A DNA stretch of 62,722 bases, counting the filler, from Acidimicrobiia bacterium (GTDB lineage Bacteria > Actinomycetota > Acidimicrobiia > Spongiisociales > SHLN01), in the NCBI GenBank assembly GCA_041619515.1. It is 5 parts of 5 records of this genome, joined end to end, with 100 filler letters (N's around TTAATTAATTAA, not from the genome) between each part and the next. Parts side by side here need not be neighbours in the genome. Positions count along the whole stretch, not along the records: positions 53,846 to 62,722 come from JBFKDW010000095.1; 4 more parts are not named here. One strand, given 5' to 3'. How positions within the stretch are numbered: the first letter of the stretch is position 1; each line of letters starts with the position of its first letter. A program made the position numbers and the translations under genes. Below, one piece after another: positions 58,732 through 62,722 of the stretch. Below the pieces are notes generated by a model. It was given only the letters and a program-made list of their open reading frames with translations, was not told where the DNA came from and did not search any database.

Positions 58732-58762
58732 AAAGACTCGAAGCGGCAGCTCGCGATCGGTC

Positions 58763-59347
58763 CTAGTCGTCGTCCTCTTCTTCGTCGATGTCGACATCGA
58801 CTTGGTCGTTGTCCCAGCGAGCCCGAAAGGTCGACTTGTGGTTCGAAGATTCGAATTCGACTTCGACTTCGTCTGGGCCGGGACTCTTGATCTCGGCGGA
58901 GAACCCGCCCGCCGGCACGGCGGCAATGAGATGCAACTCGCCGGCCTGGGCGGAGATTGTGACCTGTCCGCCGATCAGCTGATAGGTCGACACCTGGGTC
59001 GGGGCGGCTTGGGTGGTCGTGGTTGAGATGGCGACCGTCGTGGTGGTGGCTTGGCGGGAGACCGTTGACGTCGTGGTGCTACCGGCAGGACCGGACGCGA
59101 CGGTGGTGGTGGACGCTACCGATGACGGGGTGGTGGTGGTCGTTGCTGAGGTGGGCAGGGTCGTTGTGGTCAGCAGCGACCGGATCGAGGTGCTGGAGGA
59201 AGCCACCGCGGTCAGCGGGGCGGCCTCGGAGATCTCCGGAATGTCGGTGACTCCGCCGCGCACCGTGCCCACCGCCGAGGCCGCGATCGTCATGGATAGC
59301 AGGGTCGCCGTGATCCAGGCAATCACCGCACCAGCTCTTCTCATCAT
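58763..59347 (-). CDS. Secreted Thr/Ser-rich protein with an acidic C-terminal domain
   Basis: Signal peptide, Thr linker, GGQV.I...PAGGF...EVEVEF domain, DEEEDDD end. Confidence 0.8.
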   Translation of the reverse strand: MMRRAGAVIAWITATLLSMTIAASAVGTVRGGVTDIPEISEAAPLTAVASSSTSIRSLLTTTTLPTSATTTTTPSSVASTTTVASGPAGSTTTSTVSRQATTTTVAISTTTTQAAPTQVSTYQLIGGQVTISAQAGELHLIAAVPAGGFSAEIKSPGPDEVEVEFESSNHKSTFRARWDNDQVDVDIDEEEDDD

Positions 59348-59381
59348 GTGGTCATTGTGGCGGATTGCCGTTGCGGTAGTG

Positions 59382-59408
59382 ATAAGGGGTCGTTAAGCCT
59401 CGCTTAAA
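59382..59408. promoter_or_regulatory. Candidate OmpR-family operator (three TTAA(G/A)-like repeats, 11-bp period)
   Basis: ATAAG 59382, TTAAG 59393, TTAAA 59404 in the divergent intergenic region. Confidence 0.55.
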
Positions 59409-59459
59409 GGTCGGATGGCTCCGCGGTGGGAGGGCTACGGCCCGGTATCGTGCGGGGAC

Positions 59460-60143
59460 ATGCCACGAGTCCTTGTGATTGAAGACGACCTGGGGATCCG
59501 GCAGGCTCTCGTCAGCCGGTTGGCCGAGTCCGGGTTCGACGTCGCGGGAGTGAGCTCGGGCCTGGAGGGCATCGAGCAGGTAGCCATGGAATCCTATGAC
59601 GTCATTGTGCTCGACCTCGGGCTACCCGACGTGGACGGCGCCGATGTGTTGCGAATGATCCGCGGTCTCGGCGACGTCCCGGTGATCGTTGCCACGGCCC
59701 GCGATGACGAGCGCGAGATCGTGAACCTGCTGACGGCCGGCGCCGACGACTACGTGACCAAGCCCTTCTCGGCCTCCCAGATCGAGGCCCGCATCACGGC
59801 CGTGCTCCGCCGGGCGGCGGGGCCCACCACGTCGCCGGTGATCGTCGTTGGAGATTTGACGATCGACCGCGGCGGCCATGTTGCCCGGCTCGGTGACGAA
59901 GTGCTGGAGCTGACGGCCCGCGAGTTCGAGCTGCTGACCTTCCTGGCCGAACGGCCCGGGGTGATGGTGAGCAAGCGAGAGCTGATGGCAGCAGTCTGGC
60001 GCCAGCCCTACGGCGGCGCCGATAAGACAGTCGATGTCCATGTCTCCTGGCTCCGCAAGAAGCTGGGCGAATCTGCCTCCGAGCCCCGCTATCTCCACAC
60101 TCAGCGCGGGGTGGGTGTGAAGCTGGTCGATCCGAGCCTGTGA
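59460..60143 (+). CDS. OmpR/PhoB-family response regulator
   Basis: IEDD, LDLGLPD, GADDYVTKPF, TVDVHVSWLRKKL. Confidence 0.95.
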   Translation: MPRVLVIEDDLGIRQALVSRLAESGFDVAGVSSGLEGIEQVAMESYDVIVLDLGLPDVDGADVLRMIRGLGDVPVIVATARDDEREIVNLLTAGADDYVTKPFSASQIEARITAVLRRAAGPTTSPVIVVGDLTIDRGGHVARLGDEVLELTAREFELLTFLAERPGVMVSKRELMAAVWRQPYGGADKTVDVHVSWLRKKLGESASEPRYLHTQRGVGVKLVDPSL

Positions 60144-61429
60144 GAGCCCGCCTCGTCCTCGTGGCGCTGGCGGCGACGACGATGGTGGCGCTGGCGTTCC
60201 TGGCGCCCCTGGCCATCCTCGTGCGCGACCTGGCCGTCGACCGGGAACTCTCGGCGGCGGAGCGAAATGCCGGAGCCATCGCCCGTCTCGTGGCCGCCGT
60301 TGGGAGCGACGCCGCCGGCGGCCTGGTGGGGACGGTTCTGACCGGGTCCGGCGATTTCGACGGCCGGCCGACGTCGATTGTGCTTCCCGATGGTTCGGTA
60401 GTCGGCGACCGCCTGGCCGATGGCGAGGACATCTCCTCGGCCCTCGAAGGGTCGACGTTCCGCCAGCCCGTTCCCGGTGGTGAAGCCGTCTACGTGCCGG
60501 TTCTCGGAGCGGACGGTCAGACTTCAGTCGTTCGGACGGTGGCAAGTTCCGAAGCCATGCGCGAAGGCGTGACTCGCATCTGGCTCACGCTCGGCATGCT
60601 CGGGATCCTGCTCGTGCTGGTGGCGGTGGCCGTTGCCGATCGGTTGGGCCGGGCGGTGGTCAGGCCGGTCGATGAGCTGGCGGCAGGGGCTGATCGGCTG
60701 GCCGCCGGCGATCTCGAGACCAGGGTGGAGGTGAACGAGCCGAAGGAACTGCGCCGGGTGGGATCGGCCTTCAACCGGCTGGCTGCTCAGATACGGACCT
60801 TGCTGCAGCGCGAACGCGAGGCCGCGGCCGACCTGTCCCATCGGCTGCGAACACCCCTCACGGCCGCTCGGCTGAACATCGACGCCCTCCCCGACGATGA
60901 CCACCGGGAACGGCTCGCCCGGGACATCGATGAGATCGAACGTGTCGTGGATCACATCATCAGTGAGACCCGAAGGCCCGACCGACAAGCTCGCAGCGTC
61001 GGCGCCGATGTGTCGGCCGTACTGGCCGACCGGGTCGCCTTTTGGCAGGTGCTGGCTGCCGACGAGGGTCGGCTCTTCGAGTCCGGCCTCGATGCCGGCC
61101 CGACGATGGTTGCGCTCCCGGAATCGGATCTGGTCGCTGCGTTTGACGCCGTGATCGGCAACGTGTTCTCTCACACACCTGCCGGTGTCGACCTGCGGGT
61201 GATGGCGATCCGCGACGGTGCCGTTGTGGAGGTCAGTGTCGAAGACGCCGGGTCCGGCTTTGCCGACACGGAGCTCGTTCTGGAACGTGGAGCGAGCGGG
61301 AAGGGATCGACCGGACTCGGACTCGACATCGCACGGCGCACTGCCGAGTCCAGCGGTGGTCGGTTGACGGTCGGGCGCGGTGACCTGGGCGGCGCCAGAG
61401 TGGTGATGAGGTTCCCGCTGCAGGCCTAG
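60140..61429 (+). CDS. HAMP-domain sensor histidine kinase
   Basis: Two TMs, HAMP, SHRLRTPLT H-box, DAGSG, GLGL. Confidence 0.95.
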   Translation: MRARLVLVALAATTMVALAFLAPLAILVRDLAVDRELSAAERNAGAIARLVAAVGSDAAGGLVGTVLTGSGDFDGRPTSIVLPDGSVVGDRLADGEDISSALEGSTFRQPVPGGEAVYVPVLGADGQTSVVRTVASSEAMREGVTRIWLTLGMLGILLVLVAVAVADRLGRAVVRPVDELAAGADRLAAGDLETRVEVNEPKELRRVGSAFNRLAAQIRTLLQREREAAADLSHRLRTPLTAARLNIDALPDDDHRERLARDIDEIERVVDHIISETRRPDRQARSVGADVSAVLADRVAFWQVLAADEGRLFESGLDAGPTMVALPESDLVAAFDAVIGNVFSHTPAGVDLRVMAIRDGAVVEVSVEDAGSGFADTELVLERGASGKGSTGLGLDIARRTAESSGGRLTVGRGDLGGARVVMRFPLQA

Positions 61430-61436
61430 ACCTGAG

Positions 61437-61469
61437 GAAAGGGCACCACCTCGGGGGTGGTGCCCTTCC
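61437..61469. terminator. Bidirectional terminator-like hairpin
   Basis: AAGGGCACCACC-TCGG-GGGTGGTGCCCTT between convergent genes. Confidence 0.7.
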
Positions 61470-61509
61470 ATGGTCCTGACCGTGGTGGAGCAGTCAGCGT
61501 CCAGTCCGA

Positions 61510-62316
<807 letters not shown>

Positions 62317-62495
62317 AGTTCTTCCTTTCCTGGTTTGCGTGGCGTAACTGTGTCACCGGGCCGGTTATGGCGTCCTCCCGAGTCGGTTAAACCGGGGCTA
62401 AACATCTTGGCCCGTCGTGGCGCTCCGGCGGTCGTTAGACCTTCGGAGAGGAGGTGAGTCGTCGCACGATGCCGTGGCTATCCTCACGGTTCTTC

Positions 62496-62567
62496 GGGCG
62501 CTTAGCTCAGCGGGAGAGCGCTGCCTTCACACGGCAGAGGCCACTGGTTCGATCCCAGTAGCGCCCA
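62496..62567 (+). tRNA. tRNA-Val(CAC)
   Basis: GGGCGCT/AGCGCCC acceptor stem, anticodon arm CTGCC-TTCACAC-GGCAG, TTCGATC T-loop; CCA not encoded directly. Confidence 0.95.
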
Positions 62568-62722
62568 CGCACCAGGGGCCTTTGTTTCTGGGGCCTATTG
62601 CGTGCTTGGCGTTCTGTGTCAGCACGCGTATGGGGCTTTTAGGCAACGGATTAGGCAACACGTGGACCGACAAGGGGCGTCGGTCCGTCAGACTCGAAGA
62701 CAGCGTCCCAGTCGAGCGAGAC

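Noticed and set aside
59377..59384. TAGTGATA matching the putative B12-regulator box
   Set aside because: Single 8-mer on another contig, plausible by chance and overlapping a better-explained OmpR-type repeat.

Overview
High-GC actinobacterial DNA (gene content and order suggest Acidimicrobiia; inference). It is made of five unrelated contigs joined by artificial 100-bp N/TTAATTAATTAA linkers (13611-13710, 27093-27192, 40470-40569, 53746-53845), so synteny across linkers means nothing. Contig 1: a DUF559 (Vsr-like) endonuclease missed by the ORF track, next to a cluster of double-hairpin REP-like repeats; the argCJBDFR operon with ARG boxes; and a probable B12/light-controlled module (CarH-like regulator, SigK-RskA, acyltransferase, photolyase, SDR, SRPBCC, sortase F and fasciclin remnants, and a small Zn-finger gene with a SigK-consensus promoter). 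Contig 2: SigH/SigR-RshA, a paralogous small Zn-finger gene, tilS-hpt-ftsH-folP-X-folK-DUF2520-panC-coaX-lysS and a second cluster of the same repeats. Contig 3: DevS/DevR-like pair, bS22, thrB, CDF transporter, Fpg/Nei, ECF/anti-sigma pair and a modular sulfatase. Contig 4: rplU-rpmA-mbtH-obgE-proB, ABC transporter, proA, MoxR/VWA, nadD, rsfS, tRNA-Ala and an integrase end. Contig 5: Ser/Thr kinase, MFS, squalene/phytoene synthase, an OmpR-type two-component system flanked by paralogous acidic secreted proteins, and tRNA-Val. The best candidates for undescribed systems are the DUF559/repeat pairing and the CarH-like to SigK to small Zn-finger cascade. All calls are from manual motif recognition; no searches were run.
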